A DNA stretch of 64,000 nucleotides from Alphaproteobacteria bacterium. GTDB lineage: Bacteria > Pseudomonadota > Alphaproteobacteria > MPNO01. Position 1 is the first letter of the stretch. The number at the start of each line of letters is the position of its first letter. A program made the position numbers and the translations under genes. Shown piece after piece: positions 48,255 through 58,188 of the stretch. The notes below the pieces were generated by a model. The model was not told the origin of the DNA and made no database searches. It saw only the letters and a list, made by a program, of their open reading frames with translations. Where the stretch lies: NCBI GenBank assembly GCA_965117055.1, contig OZ220750.1, positions 124,902 through 188,901 on the forward strand, read 5' to 3'.

Positions 48255-49430
48255 TCAGCCGCGTTCGACGCACATCGCGATGCCCATGCCGCCGCCGATG
48301 CAGAGCGTGGCGAGCCCCCGCGCGGCGTCGCGTCGCTTCATCTCGTGCAGCAGGGTGACCAGGATCCGCGCGCCGGACGCGCCGATCGGGTGGCCGAGCG
48401 CGATCGCGCCGCCGTTGACGTTCACCCTCTCCATGTCGAAGCCTAGGTCGCGCGCCACCGCGCAGGACTGCGCCGCGAAGGCCTCGTTCGATTCGACGAG
48501 GTCGATGTCGGCGATGCTCCACCCTGCCTTCTCCAGCGCCTTGCGGCTCGCCGGGATCGGACCCGAGCCCATCAGCGCCGGATCGACCCCGGCCGTCGCC
48601 CAGGAGACGACGCGCGCCATGGGCTCGATGCCGCGCCTGGCCGCCTCGTCCGCGGTCATCAGCACCAGCGCGGCCGCGCCGTCGTTGATGCCGGACGCGT
48701 TCCCCGCTGTCACCGTGCCGTCCCTGGCGAAGGCCGGGCGCAGCTTCGACAGCGTCTCCGCCGTGGTGCCGTGGCGCGGGTACTCGTCGGCCTCGACCGT
48801 GACGTCGCCCTTGCGGTGGGGGACGACGACCGGCGCGATCTCGTCCGCGAACCGGCCCGCCTTCTGCGCGTCCTCCGCCTTGCCCTGGCTGGCGGCGGCG
48901 AATTCGTCCTGCTCGGCGCGGGCGATCTGCCAGCGCTCGGCCACGTTCTCCGCCGTCGTGCCCATGTGGTAGCCGTGGAAGGCGTCCCACAGCCCGTCCT
49001 TGATCATCGTGTCGGTGAAGGCGAGGTCGCCCATCTTCTGCCCGGCGCGCATATGGGCCGCGTGCGGCGAGAGGCTCATGCTCTCCTGCCCCCCGGCGAC
49101 CGCGATGGCGGCGTCGCCGGCGCGGATCGCCCGGTCCGCCATCGCCACCGCGCGGAGCCCGGAGCCGCACACCTGGTTGACGGTGAGCGCGGTCTTGTCC
49201 TCGGGGATGCCGGCCGCCATCGCGGCCTGGCGCGCGGGGTTCATGCCGCAGCCGGCGGTCAGCACCTGGCCCATCACCGCTTCGTCGACATCGGCGCCGT
49301 CGACGCCCGCGCGCTGCATCGCCGCCCCGATCGCGACCTTGCCGAGGTCGGCGGCGGGGACGCCCGCGAACGCGCCGTTGAACGCGCCGATCGGGGTCCG
49401 CGCGGCGCCCGCGATGACGATGTCGGTCAT
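48255..49430 (-). CDS. phaA: acetyl-CoA acetyltransferase (beta-ketothiolase)
   Basis: [39 protein letters not shown]. Confidence 0.93.
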   Translation of the reverse strand: MTDIVIAGAARTPIGAFNGAFAGVPAADLGKVAIGAAMQRAGVDGADVDEAVMGQVLTAGCGMNPARQAAMAAGIPEDKTALTVNQVCGSGLRAVAMADRAIRAGDAAIAVAGGQESMSLSPHAAHMRAGQKMGDLAFTDTMIKDGLWDAFHGYHMGTTAENVAERWQIARAEQDEFAAASQGKAEDAQKAGRFADEIAPVVVPHRKGDVTVEADEYPRHGTTAETLSKLRPAFARDGTVTAGNASGINDGAAALVLMTADEAARRGIEPMARVVSWATAGVDPALMGSGPIPASRKALEKAGWSIADIDLVESNEAFAAQSCAVARDLGFDMERVNVNGGAIALGHPIGASGARILVTLLHEMKRRDAARGLATLCIGGGMGIAMCVERG

Positions 49431-49513
49431 GGAACTGTCCTCCCGGAAATGCTTTCGATCCATCTAGTCCCCGGCGGCGCGGGAGGCAACAGGACAGAAT
49501 GGCGCATCGCAAA

Positions 49514-49566
49514 TGTTTCACGTGAAACATAGGTCAATAGTGTTGACCTATGTTTCACGTGAAACA
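49514..49566. promoter_or_regulatory. two parS centromere sites
   Basis: TGTTTCACGTGAAACA at 49514-49529 and 49551-49566, both exact matches to the conserved bacterial parS. Confidence 0.9.
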
Positions 49567-49644
49567 AAGGACAGGCTTGCTGACCTATCCATCGCTTTAA
49601 GAACGCACCGTAAGTGGCAAAAACCCGATCCGCGCGAAACATCG

Positions 49645-50187
49645 TTACCCGACGGCGCCGGTTTCGCGTCCCCCGGGGACAGAGGAAGCCGATCGGCCCG
49701 GCTCCAACACGAACCTCGCCCGTTCTCGCCGCAGCATTTCGTAGGGGGTGACGCAGCGCAGGCCGAGTGCAATGCAGGCATTCGGGATCTTGATCTTGCG
49801 GAGGGTGTCCGCCGGGACTTCGTGCGTGACGACGACGCAATCGTGGGCCAGCGCGTGGGCGACCAGCCAGTAATCCGCAACCTGCAAGAAAGTCGCGGCC
49901 GCCGCAGGTTCGTAGCCGGCGCCGACTGCCCAGTCGCTCACGGTCGGAAGTGCAGCCGCCACCGCGGCGTCCGGCCTCAAGAAGAAATTGTCGCCCCGTT
50001 CTTCCACCCACGCCGCCAGATCGTCGCCGCCCGCGCGCAGCTCGTCGGCGACCTTTTCGATGCTCGCCACCGACCCCGCTCCGTTCCGCTCGACCAGCCA
50101 ATCCCAGAACCCGGGGCAGATGTCGAAACCGTAGTGGAGGTTCTTGGCCTGGATGAAGACGTTGGCGTCGAGCAGGTAGCCGGTCAT
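49645..50187 (-). CDS. PIN-like DUF4411 family protein
   Basis: YLLDANVFIQAKN, FWDWL, ADYWLVAHA, VVTHE, KIPNAC. Confidence 0.85.
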   Translation of the reverse strand: MTGYLLDANVFIQAKNLHYGFDICPGFWDWLVERNGAGSVASIEKVADELRAGGDDLAAWVEERGDNFFLRPDAAVAAALPTVSDWAVGAGYEPAAAATFLQVADYWLVAHALAHDCVVVTHEVPADTLRKIKIPNACIALGLRCVTPYEMLRRERARFVLEPGRSASSVPGGRETGAVG

Positions 50188-51338
50188 CCCATCAGACCGG
50201 CTTCGCGGCCGAGATTGTTGAAGGTCTCGGTCTTCGACACGCCGAGCATCCGGAAGGCGTCCCGATAGAGGGTCTGCCCTTCGAGCGTGCTGCCGACGAC
50301 GGCGCGGGCGAACCTGGGGCTCACACGGGAGAGCGTCGTCCGGTAGAAATTGCCCCCTCCACGGCCGCGTTGCGCGAGGGCGTGCAGGCGCGTGGTCTCC
50401 TGCTCCCACGCAGTATCGAAACGCTCCCGGTCGAGCCAGGCCGCGTCCAGCAAGCGCCGAAGCACGACGAGGGTGCTGACTTTGAACGACCGGGCCAACC
50501 GGGAGAGCGCGTCCGGGAGCGCTTCGTCCGCTTGCAGTGCGGCCCGGAACTTGTCGAGAGGCACCAGAAACTCCGCCGCCACGGCATTGCACCAGACCTC
50601 TTCCCGCCGGAAACCCGGCCCGGCCGCGGCCTCACTGTTCGACAGGGCGGACGCGCCCAGCCACAGATGCGCGAGCTCGTGGGCCAGCGTAAACATCTGC
50701 GCCGCCCTCGTGTCTGCCCCGTTGACGAAGACCAACGGCGCCAGGGGGTCGGAGAGCGCGAAGCCGCGAAACTCGGCCGGGTCGAGCCGGCGGCGGGTGT
50801 TGCTCATCACCACCCCGCTGACCATGACGAGCACGCCCGCGTCGTCAGCGCGGTCGATGAACAGCCGCAGGGCGTCGCTCCAGGTCGGGCAGTCCCGGCG
50901 GGCGGCGGGATCGAAGCCCAACGTGTCCTGCATGTGCGCGGCGGCGGTTTCCGGCGGTGTCCCGACGGTGATGCTGCCCACGAACCCCAGTTCCGGCCGC
51001 CGTTCGCCCCGGAGAAAATCTCGATACCAGGCCTGCCGTTCCTGGCAGGCGTAGATCGTGTCGAGAAGATTGGGGCTCGGGCGCGCCACGGGCTGCCCGG
51101 CGACGGTGCGATAGTCCGGGATGGGGACACCTTCCTCCGGCGGTTCCGCGAGGAACAGGTATCCCACGGGGAGATGAACGGCGCGGGCGAACGCCTCTGC
51201 CTGCTTCAGGGTCGGTCGGCCCTCGCCCGCCTCCCATTGCGGCAGCTTCTTGAACTTCGCTGCGAGTTCGGCCTGCCCGCGTCCCGCACGTTCGCGCGCC
51301 CAGCGTAGAAGTCCTGGATCGATGGAGACGCGTGTCAT
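50184..51338 (-). CDS. HTH + ImmA/IrrE metallopeptidase
   Basis: LLRWARERAG...WEAG...PTLKQ (HTH), FRGFAL, FTLAHELAHLW (HExxH), EVWCNAVAAEFL. Confidence 0.88.
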   Translation of the reverse strand: MTRVSIDPGLLRWARERAGRGQAELAAKFKKLPQWEAGEGRPTLKQAEAFARAVHLPVGYLFLAEPPEEGVPIPDYRTVAGQPVARPSPNLLDTIYACQERQAWYRDFLRGERRPELGFVGSITVGTPPETAAAHMQDTLGFDPAARRDCPTWSDALRLFIDRADDAGVLVMVSGVVMSNTRRRLDPAEFRGFALSDPLAPLVFVNGADTRAAQMFTLAHELAHLWLGASALSNSEAAAGPGFRREEVWCNAVAAEFLVPLDKFRAALQADEALPDALSRLARSFKVSTLVVLRRLLDAAWLDRERFDTAWEQETTRLHALAQRGRGGGNFYRTTLSRVSPRFARAVVGSTLEGQTLYRDAFRMLGVSKTETFNNLGREAGLMG

Positions 51339-51462
51339 GCGGGTTTCTTTGCACTTTCGTCCGCTTGCCGCAAGCGGAAGCCGCCTCCCCCGGCGACGGC
51401 GATGGACTCCGCCCCCGCCCCCGTCCTACGCTTCCTTCCGGTGCCGCGAAGGGGAGAGAGCC

Positions 51463-52731
51463 ATGAAGATCGTGGCGTTCGCGCAGAACCAGTACCGCAA
51501 ATTTCCCGACGACTTCCAGGACCGCCACGAGGGCACGGTGACGGCGCCATGGTCGCTCGCCGAGCCGGGCGAAGTTCGGGCCGCCTTCCGGGACTATCTC
51601 GATTACATCATGCAGGCCGCCCGGTCCGGCTTCGACGGGGTCGCCTTCACCGAGCACGCCCAGACCTCATACGACATGATCGCCAACCCGAGCCTGATCG
51701 GCGCGGCGATCGGCTACGCCACCGAGACCGAGGGGCTCGACGTCGCGGTCTATCCGGTCGGCCGGTCGCTCGGCAAGGCGCGCGAGCCGGTCCGCGTCGC
51801 CGAGGAATACGCGATGATCGACTGCATCTCGGGCGGCAGGCTGATGGCCGGTTTCCCGGTCGGGCTGATGTTCGACGCCTCGATCAACAACGGCGTGCCG
51901 CCGATCGAGGTGCGCCACCGCTACGACGAGAACCTGCGCCTCGTCCTGCGCGCGTGGCGGGAGACCGAGCCCTTCGCCTGGAACGGCCGTTTCACCCAGC
52001 TCCCCTCGGTCAATATCTGGCCCCGGCCGCTGCAGCAGCCGCTCCCGGTGTGGATCACCGGGGTCGGCAACCCGGCCACCATGCGGCTCGTGCTGGAGAA
52101 CAATTTCGGCTTCAACTATTTCGGCTGGTTCGGCAGCGAGCTGACCGCCAGGCGGGTGTTCGACCGCTACTGGGAGATCGCCGACGAGCTCGGCGTGCCG
52201 CGCAACCCCAACCGCATGGCGTTCATGGCCTCGGTCTGCGTCGGCGAGACCGACGAGGAAGCCGAGCGCGTCTACGGCCCCCATCTCGAATATTTCTTCA
52301 ACAAGGGGCCGGGCGCGACCCAGATCGGCAAGCTCGCCATCCCGGGCGGGATCTCGCTCCCCGGCATCCGCTTCCTGCTGGAGGACCAGGCCGGCGATTT
52401 CGGCTTCGCGCACGAAATGCGCCACGCGAGCGCCCAGCGCATCCTGGAGGTCGGCGCGGCGGTCGTCGGTTCGCCGGACACCGTGGCCGACCGGCTGATC
52501 GGCATCGCGCGCGGCTACGGCGTGGGCAACCTGGTGCCGATGCTCAAGATGGGCTCGATGCCGCGCGACCTGGTGGCGGGCAACGTCGCGCGGTTCGCCG
52601 AGAGCGTGCTGCCGAAGCTGCGCGCGGCGGGGGTCGGCGACGACTGGCCGCACCACTGGTGGCCGGAGCGCCTGGGCGGCAGCCCCGAGCCCGCCGGCGC
52701 GAAGCTCGACGCGCTCCCGGGAGCCGCGTGA
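51463..52731 (+). CDS. luciferase-like (LLM) flavin monooxygenase
   Basis: GFDGVAFTEH, RVAEEYAMIDCISGGRL, IWPRPLQQP. Confidence 0.88.
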   Translation: MKIVAFAQNQYRKFPDDFQDRHEGTVTAPWSLAEPGEVRAAFRDYLDYIMQAARSGFDGVAFTEHAQTSYDMIANPSLIGAAIGYATETEGLDVAVYPVGRSLGKAREPVRVAEEYAMIDCISGGRLMAGFPVGLMFDASINNGVPPIEVRHRYDENLRLVLRAWRETEPFAWNGRFTQLPSVNIWPRPLQQPLPVWITGVGNPATMRLVLENNFGFNYFGWFGSELTARRVFDRYWEIADELGVPRNPNRMAFMASVCVGETDEEAERVYGPHLEYFFNKGPGATQIGKLAIPGGISLPGIRFLLEDQAGDFGFAHEMRHASAQRILEVGAAVVGSPDTVADRLIGIARGYGVGNLVPMLKMGSMPRDLVAGNVARFAESVLPKLRAAGVGDDWPHHWWPERLGGSPEPAGAKLDALPGAA

Positions 52732-53537
52732 TGGCCGGGATCGCGCTTCGCGCGCGCGAAGTCGGGGTGTGGGGCGGCCGGCTCGCGATGCGCTTCAAGA
52801 CGGCGGGGTCGGGTCCGCCGCTGGTCTACCTCCATCCGGCCGCGGGGCTCCATTTCGACCCGTTCCTGGAAGCGTTGAGCGCGGACTGGACGATCGTCGC
52901 GCCCGAGCATCCGGGGACCGGCGAGGGCGACGCCGAGGCGATCCACGCCGTCGACGATCTGTGGGACCTCGTCCTGATCTACGAGGAGGCGATCCGCGCG
53001 CTCGATCTCGAAGGCCCGGTGGTGGCGGTCGGCCAGTCCTTCGGCGGCATGATGGCGGCGGAGCTCGCCGCGCTCCGCCCCGACCTGTTCGCGCGCCTCG
53101 TCCTGCTCGCCCCGATCGGCCTGTGGCGCGAGGACGCGCCGATCGCCAACTGGATCATGACGCCGCCCGACGAGCTTCCGGCGCTGCTCTTCAAGGACCC
53201 CGGCTGTCCGGCGGCGCGGGCGATGTTCACGCCGCCCGACGACCCCGCCGAGGCGATGGCGGCGACCGCCGGGCTGATCTGGGCGCTCGGCTGCACCGGA
53301 AAGTTCGTCTGGCCGATCCCCGAGAAGGGGCTCGCCAAGCGCCTCCACCGAATCGCCGCGCCGACGCTGATCGTCTGGGGCGCGGACGACGCGCTGATCC
53401 CGTCCACCTACGCCGCCGAGTTCGGCAGCCGGATCGCCGGCAGCCGGGTCGAGGTGCTGCCGGAATGCGGCCACATCCCGCAGCTCGAACGGGGCGCGGA
53501 GACGCTGGAGATAGTGCGGGGGTTTTTGGCGGGGTGA
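52731..53537 (+). CDS. alpha/beta hydrolase
   Basis: GPPLVYLH, VGQSFGG, IVWGADD, CGH. Confidence 0.87.
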   Translation: MAGIALRAREVGVWGGRLAMRFKTAGSGPPLVYLHPAAGLHFDPFLEALSADWTIVAPEHPGTGEGDAEAIHAVDDLWDLVLIYEEAIRALDLEGPVVAVGQSFGGMMAAELAALRPDLFARLVLLAPIGLWREDAPIANWIMTPPDELPALLFKDPGCPAARAMFTPPDDPAEAMAATAGLIWALGCTGKFVWPIPEKGLAKRLHRIAAPTLIVWGADDALIPSTYAAEFGSRIAGSRVEVLPECGHIPQLERGAETLEIVRGFLAG

Positions 53538-53539
53538 GG

Positions 53540-53632
53540 GTCCTTCGATACGCGGCTTGGCCGCTACTCAGGATGAAGGCTACCTTTTTCCCTCATCCCG
53601 AGTAGGCGCGTCAGCGCCGTATCGAGGGACGC
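53540..53632. repeat. palindromic repeat family C
   Basis: Matches 19562-19660. Confidence 0.8.
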
Positions 53633-53635
53633 GCC

Positions 53636-54391
53636 CTACCCCGCCTGGAGCGACTCCAGGATCTCGCGGCTCGAGGGCGCGAGTTCGCACCCGATCGCGT
53701 CGAACGCGGCGAGCGGCGGGAAGACGAGGCCGGTGCCTTCCATGTGGCCGCGCATCTCGGTCAGGTAGCGGTTGACGATCGCCTCGGTGGTGTTCCGCTT
53801 GAGCCCGTGCTCGAGGCAGAAATCGTTGTCCGCCCCGGTCAGCCGGCCGAAGGCGCGCTTGACGCAGTTGGGCAGCACCCGGTTGAAGATCGCCTGGAAC
53901 TCGGCGAGCTGGGCCGGGTCCTTCGCGACCTCCTTCAAATTCTCGACGCCGTTGTCGTAGTGGTCCTCCTCGTCGGCCAGCACCTCCTCCTGGCTGTCCG
54001 CCCAGGGGGTGTAGGACGACTGGCGGTATTCCATGATCTGGTGGCTGCCGGCGCGGTCGACGGTGAAGTTGAACACCGCGATGTGGAGCCAGTTGTCGAG
54101 GTCGAGTTGCCAGAAATCGGCGGCGTCGGGGCGGCCGGCGATGATCTCCTCGGGGTCCTCGCCGAGGTCGAGCAGAAGGTCGTAGAGCCCCTGGCTGTGG
54201 CGCGCCTCCTCGGCCGCGAACTCGGCCGCCAGCGCCTTCTCCTTCCAGTTCGGCGCGACCGAGATCGCCTTCCCGAACACCTCGGCGGTCGCCGTCTCGG
54301 CATAGATCTGGCGCGTCATCAGGCGGACCAGAAGGTCCTTGTACGCGCCGCCCACCTGGTCGGGGCGCGCGAATTCGGGTGCCGGGGCCAT
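53636..54391 (-). CDS. ferritin-like di-iron protein, PaaA/PaaC-like
   Basis: APNWKEK, EEARH, VDRAG, SSYTPW, DEEDH (paired ExxH-type ligands). Confidence 0.72.
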   Translation of the reverse strand: MAPAPEFARPDQVGGAYKDLLVRLMTRQIYAETATAEVFGKAISVAPNWKEKALAAEFAAEEARHSQGLYDLLLDLGEDPEEIIAGRPDAADFWQLDLDNWLHIAVFNFTVDRAGSHQIMEYRQSSYTPWADSQEEVLADEEDHYDNGVENLKEVAKDPAQLAEFQAIFNRVLPNCVKRAFGRLTGADNDFCLEHGLKRNTTEAIVNRYLTEMRGHMEGTGLVFPPLAAFDAIGCELAPSSREILESLQAG

Positions 54392-54677
54392 GGGCGGGAT
54401 CCTCTCTCGGTGTAATCGGGTACGGGGGGAATCTAGGCGGCGGGCCGGCGGTGTCAATGCGGACGCGATGGCAAGACGGGTGGGTGGGACAGCAGGGGAC
54501 GATCGACCCTTATGGAGGCCATGCGCGACGACGACAACTTCCTTTTACGATTGCAAGGGGCGGATCCCTCATCTACCGTGGATTTCAGTGCGATGGCAGG
54601 GAAACCGTTCGGGTACGGGAACCGGAACCGATCATGCACATGGGCAGAACCGTCGACTGTAAGGCGCAATACGCACT

Positions 54678-54968
54678 ATGACGAATGTAGTGCTTGGTCA
54701 CCATCCCGGGTATTTGGCTCTCGCGAACAGGCTGGATTCCGTTGTAACGTTCAATGTGCCGGCTGCGATCTGGAACGGAATGAGTTCCGCCCATCGGTGG
54801 CGGTTAAACCGCAGCTTTCTGCAAAGCGCGATCGACAGAAACGACAAGTTCGTATTTTCCCATCATCCTTTGTTCGCCCGTAGGGCCAGCTCGTACTTCA
54901 GGGAGATCAGATTCTTGCGAAGCCAGGGCGTCCGCGTCCTGCCGTCCCAAGTAGCGTTCGTTCCGTAA
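54678..54968 (+). CDS. hypothetical protein resembling a polymorphic-toxin C-terminal domain
   Basis: VLGHHPGY...F.VP..IW...W..N..FL..AIDR.D.F.....S.Y.REI.FL...G pattern, recalled from RHS-type tips. Confidence 0.55.
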   Translation: MTNVVLGHHPGYLALANRLDSVVTFNVPAAIWNGMSSAHRWRLNRSFLQSAIDRNDKFVFSHHPLFARRASSYFREIRFLRSQGVRVLPSQVAFVP

Positions 54969-54983
54969 TCCCGAGACTTTGTC

Positions 54984-55526
54984 ATGAGCAATGAATTCGC
55001 GAGGGAGGTGTTGGAACAGCTCTCAGGCGTAGGGGAGGGCAAGCCCGGGCTGGTCCACGAAACTTACGACGACGAAAACTTCGGCAACGCAACGGCGACG
55101 ATCGAAATCGACGGTGTTTTTTTGCATTTCGTCGATGACCGCGGCGTTCGGACTATCGAATTCGAACTCGATCTGCCAATTCCCGATTCTCCGCGAGACC
55201 GTCCATGGCCCGAACCGTATCCGCCGTATTTCGAGCGATGGCCGTTGCGTGACGGTCGGGGGAAACCGGTATGCACGCTGGAGGCGCTGGCGGTCGCGCT
55301 GGGCTGGATAGGCATGGAAAGACTTGTCGAGCACTATGTGCTTGACGGCGACAATTACGACTTCGACGCTTCCCCTCGGCCGTTCTATGAATTCGACAAG
55401 GCCATGAGGCTGCTTCGAGATCGCTGGCCGCAATTCGTTCAGGCACGCAAGAACTCGGGGACGCAGTTGAAGGCGATGGAGGTCGAACTCAAGCTGCAGG
55501 CAAAATTTCTCGAACAGCTAACGTGA
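54984..55526 (+). CDS. hypothetical protein, putative immunity protein
   Basis: Acidic; YDDENFGN...LHFVDDRG pattern; 15 bp downstream of the previous ORF. Confidence 0.55.
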   Translation: MSNEFAREVLEQLSGVGEGKPGLVHETYDDENFGNATATIEIDGVFLHFVDDRGVRTIEFELDLPIPDSPRDRPWPEPYPPYFERWPLRDGRGKPVCTLEALAVALGWIGMERLVEHYVLDGDNYDFDASPRPFYEFDKAMRLLRDRWPQFVQARKNSGTQLKAMEVELKLQAKFLEQLT

Positions 55527-55608
55527 AACCCTTCGCCACGGCCACGGTACGACTGCCGGGCAGCGTCCCGATAGATTGGGGATGCCTGCGAATAGGCCGG
55601 CGGCGCCT

Positions 55609-55959
55609 TCAGGCGGCCCGGAGACGCGTCATCTCCGCTTCGAATTCCGCCTCCAGCCGCGCCGCCTCGTCGTCGGGCAGCCAGCATGTCAGGTTGGGGA
55701 ACGCCATCCTGACGAACGATGCCCGCCCGTATTCCCAGTGCCGGGCCGATATCTCGCCGCGCAGTTCCTTGAGGATGCTCTCGATGCGGCGGCGCACCCG
55801 CTCCGGATCGGGCCGGTAGGCCTCCGCCGGCGCGGCGCCGAACAGGTCGCCCTGCCCGTGCTCGTTCAGCGTGTCGTGTCGACGCGTTGCCACCCAGGAC
55901 CCCATATTTGGTAGCAAGAGCCGGCGCTCAGCATACATATCGATGCCGATTCGCGCCAA
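55609..55959 (-). CDS. hypothetical protein
   Basis: Plausible coding part QGDLFG...PDPERVRRRI...FPNLTCWLPDDEA...FEAEMTRL; true start probably near 55869. Confidence 0.55.
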   Translation of the reverse strand: MARIGIDMYAERRLLLPNMGSWVATRRHDTLNEHGQGDLFGAAPAEAYRPDPERVRRRIESILKELRGEISARHWEYGRASFVRMAFPNLTCWLPDDEAARLEAEFEAEMTRLRAA

Positions 55960-55980
55960 GCACCGACTTCACCGCCCGCC

Positions 55981-56817
55981 TCACCGGGACCGGCGGTTGA
56001 TCGAATAATCGCCTTGGCCGCCCCTGAAGGGCTGGATGAGCAGGTTGTGGAGGTGGAGCTCGGCGGGGTCGCGGAACGTGTCGAGGCCGATCGTCATCGC
56101 CTCGTGGCCCAGCGCCGGCTGGGCGCGGTAGGTGCCGAAGAGGCGGTCCCACCAGGGGAAGCTGAAGCCGAAATTGCTGTTGGTCTCGGCGGCGATGTCG
56201 GAATGGTGGACGCGGTGCATGTCGGGCGTCACGACGATCAGGCGCAGCACCCGGTCGAGCCCCGAAGGCAGGCGCAGATTGCCGTGGTTGAACATCGAGG
56301 TCCCGTTCAGCAGCACCTCGAAGATCACCACGGCGAGCGCCGCCGGGCCGATGACGATCACCGCCGCGAATTTCGGCAGCACCGACAGCAGGATCTCGAA
56401 CGGGTGGAAGCGGGTGCCGGTGGTGACGTCGAAGTCGAGATCCGCGTGATGCATGCGATGCAGCCGCCACAGCACCGGCACCGCGTGGAACATGACGTGC
56501 TGGAGATAGATCACGAGATCGAGGACGACGACCGCGATCGCGACCTCGAGCCAGAACGGCAGCGCGACCATGTTCAAGACGCCCCAGCCGCGTTCCTCCG
56601 CGACGACCGCCAGCGCGACCGGGACCATCGGCACGAGCAGCCGCAGCGCCACGGTGTTCAACGCGACGACGCCGATATTGGCGTACCAGCGCAGCCAGCG
56701 CGGCTGGCTCGGCGCCCGCCGCGGCGCGGCCAGCTCCCCGAGCGCCACCGCGGCGAAGATGCCGAGGAAGAAGCCGAGCCTGATCGCGGGCTCGCTCTCG
56801 GCGATGAACTCCGGCAT
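55981..56817 (-). CDS. sterol desaturase / fatty acid hydroxylase family protein
   Basis: His boxes YLQHVMFH, LHRMHH, FNHGN, MHRVHHS, WDRLFGTY. Confidence 0.9.
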   Translation of the reverse strand: MPEFIAESEPAIRLGFFLGIFAAVALGELAAPRRAPSQPRWLRWYANIGVVALNTVALRLLVPMVPVALAVVAEERGWGVLNMVALPFWLEVAIAVVVLDLVIYLQHVMFHAVPVLWRLHRMHHADLDFDVTTGTRFHPFEILLSVLPKFAAVIVIGPAALAVVIFEVLLNGTSMFNHGNLRLPSGLDRVLRLIVVTPDMHRVHHSDIAAETNSNFGFSFPWWDRLFGTYRAQPALGHEAMTIGLDTFRDPAELHLHNLLIQPFRGGQGDYSINRRSR

Positions 56818-56820
56818 CCG

Positions 56821-57168
56821 TCACCCCGGAACGATGTCGTCCAGCGCCACGCCGAGCGCACCGGCGAGCTTGCGAAGGGTTCTCACCGAGCCCGCGTTGC
56901 GGCCGGCCTCGATCTCGACGATCTGCACCCGGTTGACGCCGGAGACCCGTGCAAGCCTCGACTGGGAAAGGCCGTGGTATTCGCGCCAGACCCTGAGCGG
57001 CGACGCCCCGTCGATGAGGCGGTCGGCGATTTCCGACGGGACAAGCTCTTCCTCTCCCGCGGCGACCCGCGCCTCGATGTCCAGCGCCGCCCGGAAGTCC
57101 TCGAAGTCTTCCTCCATGGCGCGCAGGCGGTCGTACTCGGCTCTCGGGATCGTTACGGTCTCGGTCAT
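56821..57168 (-). CDS. XRE-family HTH protein (HigA-like antitoxin)
   Basis: VTIPRAEYDRL...PLRVWREYHGLSQSRLA...IEAG...LAGALGV. Confidence 0.8.
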   Translation of the reverse strand: MTETVTIPRAEYDRLRAMEEDFEDFRAALDIEARVAAGEEELVPSEIADRLIDGASPLRVWREYHGLSQSRLARVSGVNRVQIVEIEAGRNAGSVRTLRKLAGALGVALDDIVPG

Positions 57169-57355
57169 CGCGGTTGCTCCGAAGGAACGAACAAACTATA
57201 GGTCCGCAGTCGGGTGGCGGATATACGGTTTCGCCCGACGCCTATTTAGGAGCGCCCGCGGGCGCTCCATTGCGTTCGAGACATTCGGGCGCGGCGTGCC
57301 ATCGGGACCCGGATTCTGTCTCGCTTCCCGGGTTCGCCTCAGTGGACTCTCAATT

Positions 57356-57449
57356 CGTCATGGTCGGCGGAGGCCGACCATCCACGAGTTTTTCTGACGC
57401 GGTGGAACAAAAGAAAATCATGGATAGTCGGCCTCCGCCGACCATGACG
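57356..57449. repeat. family A palindrome pair without MITE shell
   Basis: GTCATGGTCGGCGGAGGCCGACCATCCACG...CCGACCATGACG, same core as inside the 189-bp MITEs. Confidence 0.8.
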
Positions 57450-57535
57450 GGAGGGAATCGCGGGGTCTTCTGTACCGCCCGCCCCGCCGCCGTGCTAAGT
57501 TGCCCGCCCTCCGAGCATCCTGGCGGTTTCCCCTC

Positions 57536-58168
57536 ATGCATCCGGTCGCGGAAGACATTCTGACATTCTGGTTCGAGACCACCGACCTCTCCGCCGAGTT
57601 CGAGCGGAAGCAGGTGTGGTTCCGATCGACGCCGGAGTTCGACCGGGAAATCGCCGGGCGCTTCGGGGAAATCCACGAACGCGCCGCCGGCGGGGCGTTC
57701 GACCGTTTCGTCGAGTCCCGGGCCGAGTGCCTCGCGCTGATCCTTGCGCTCGACCAGTTCCCGCGCAACATCTTCCGCGGCACGCCGCGCGCCTTCGCAT
57801 CCGACGCCAAGGCGCGCGAGATCGCCCGCGCCGCGCTGGAGCGGGGCCATGACGAGGGCCTCTGTTCGTCGTTCAAGGTGTTCTTCTACCTCCCCTTCGA
57901 GCACAGCGAACACCTCGCCGACCAGGAGCGCGCGGTGGTGCTCTACAGGGGGCTCGGCGAGGAGCGCGCGCTACAGGCCGCGATCGGCCACCACGACGCG
58001 ATCCGCCGCTTCGGCCGCTTCCCGCACCGCAACGAGGTGCTGGGGCGCGAGAACACGCCGGAGGAGACGGAATACCTCAAGGCGCCGCCGAGCTGGGGGC
58101 TGACGGCGGAGGAATTCGCCGCGTGGGAGCGCGAGAAGGAAGCGCGCGAGCAGGCGGCGGCCGGCTGA
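57536..58168 (+). CDS. DUF924 family protein
   Basis: [39 protein letters not shown]. Confidence 0.9.
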   Translation: MHPVAEDILTFWFETTDLSAEFERKQVWFRSTPEFDREIAGRFGEIHERAAGGAFDRFVESRAECLALILALDQFPRNIFRGTPRAFASDAKAREIARAALERGHDEGLCSSFKVFFYLPFEHSEHLADQERAVVLYRGLGEERALQAAIGHHDAIRRFGRFPHRNEVLGRENTPEETEYLKAPPSWGLTAEEFAAWEREKEAREQAAAG

Positions 58169-58188
58169 CGCGGCGCGGGGAGAGGCCT

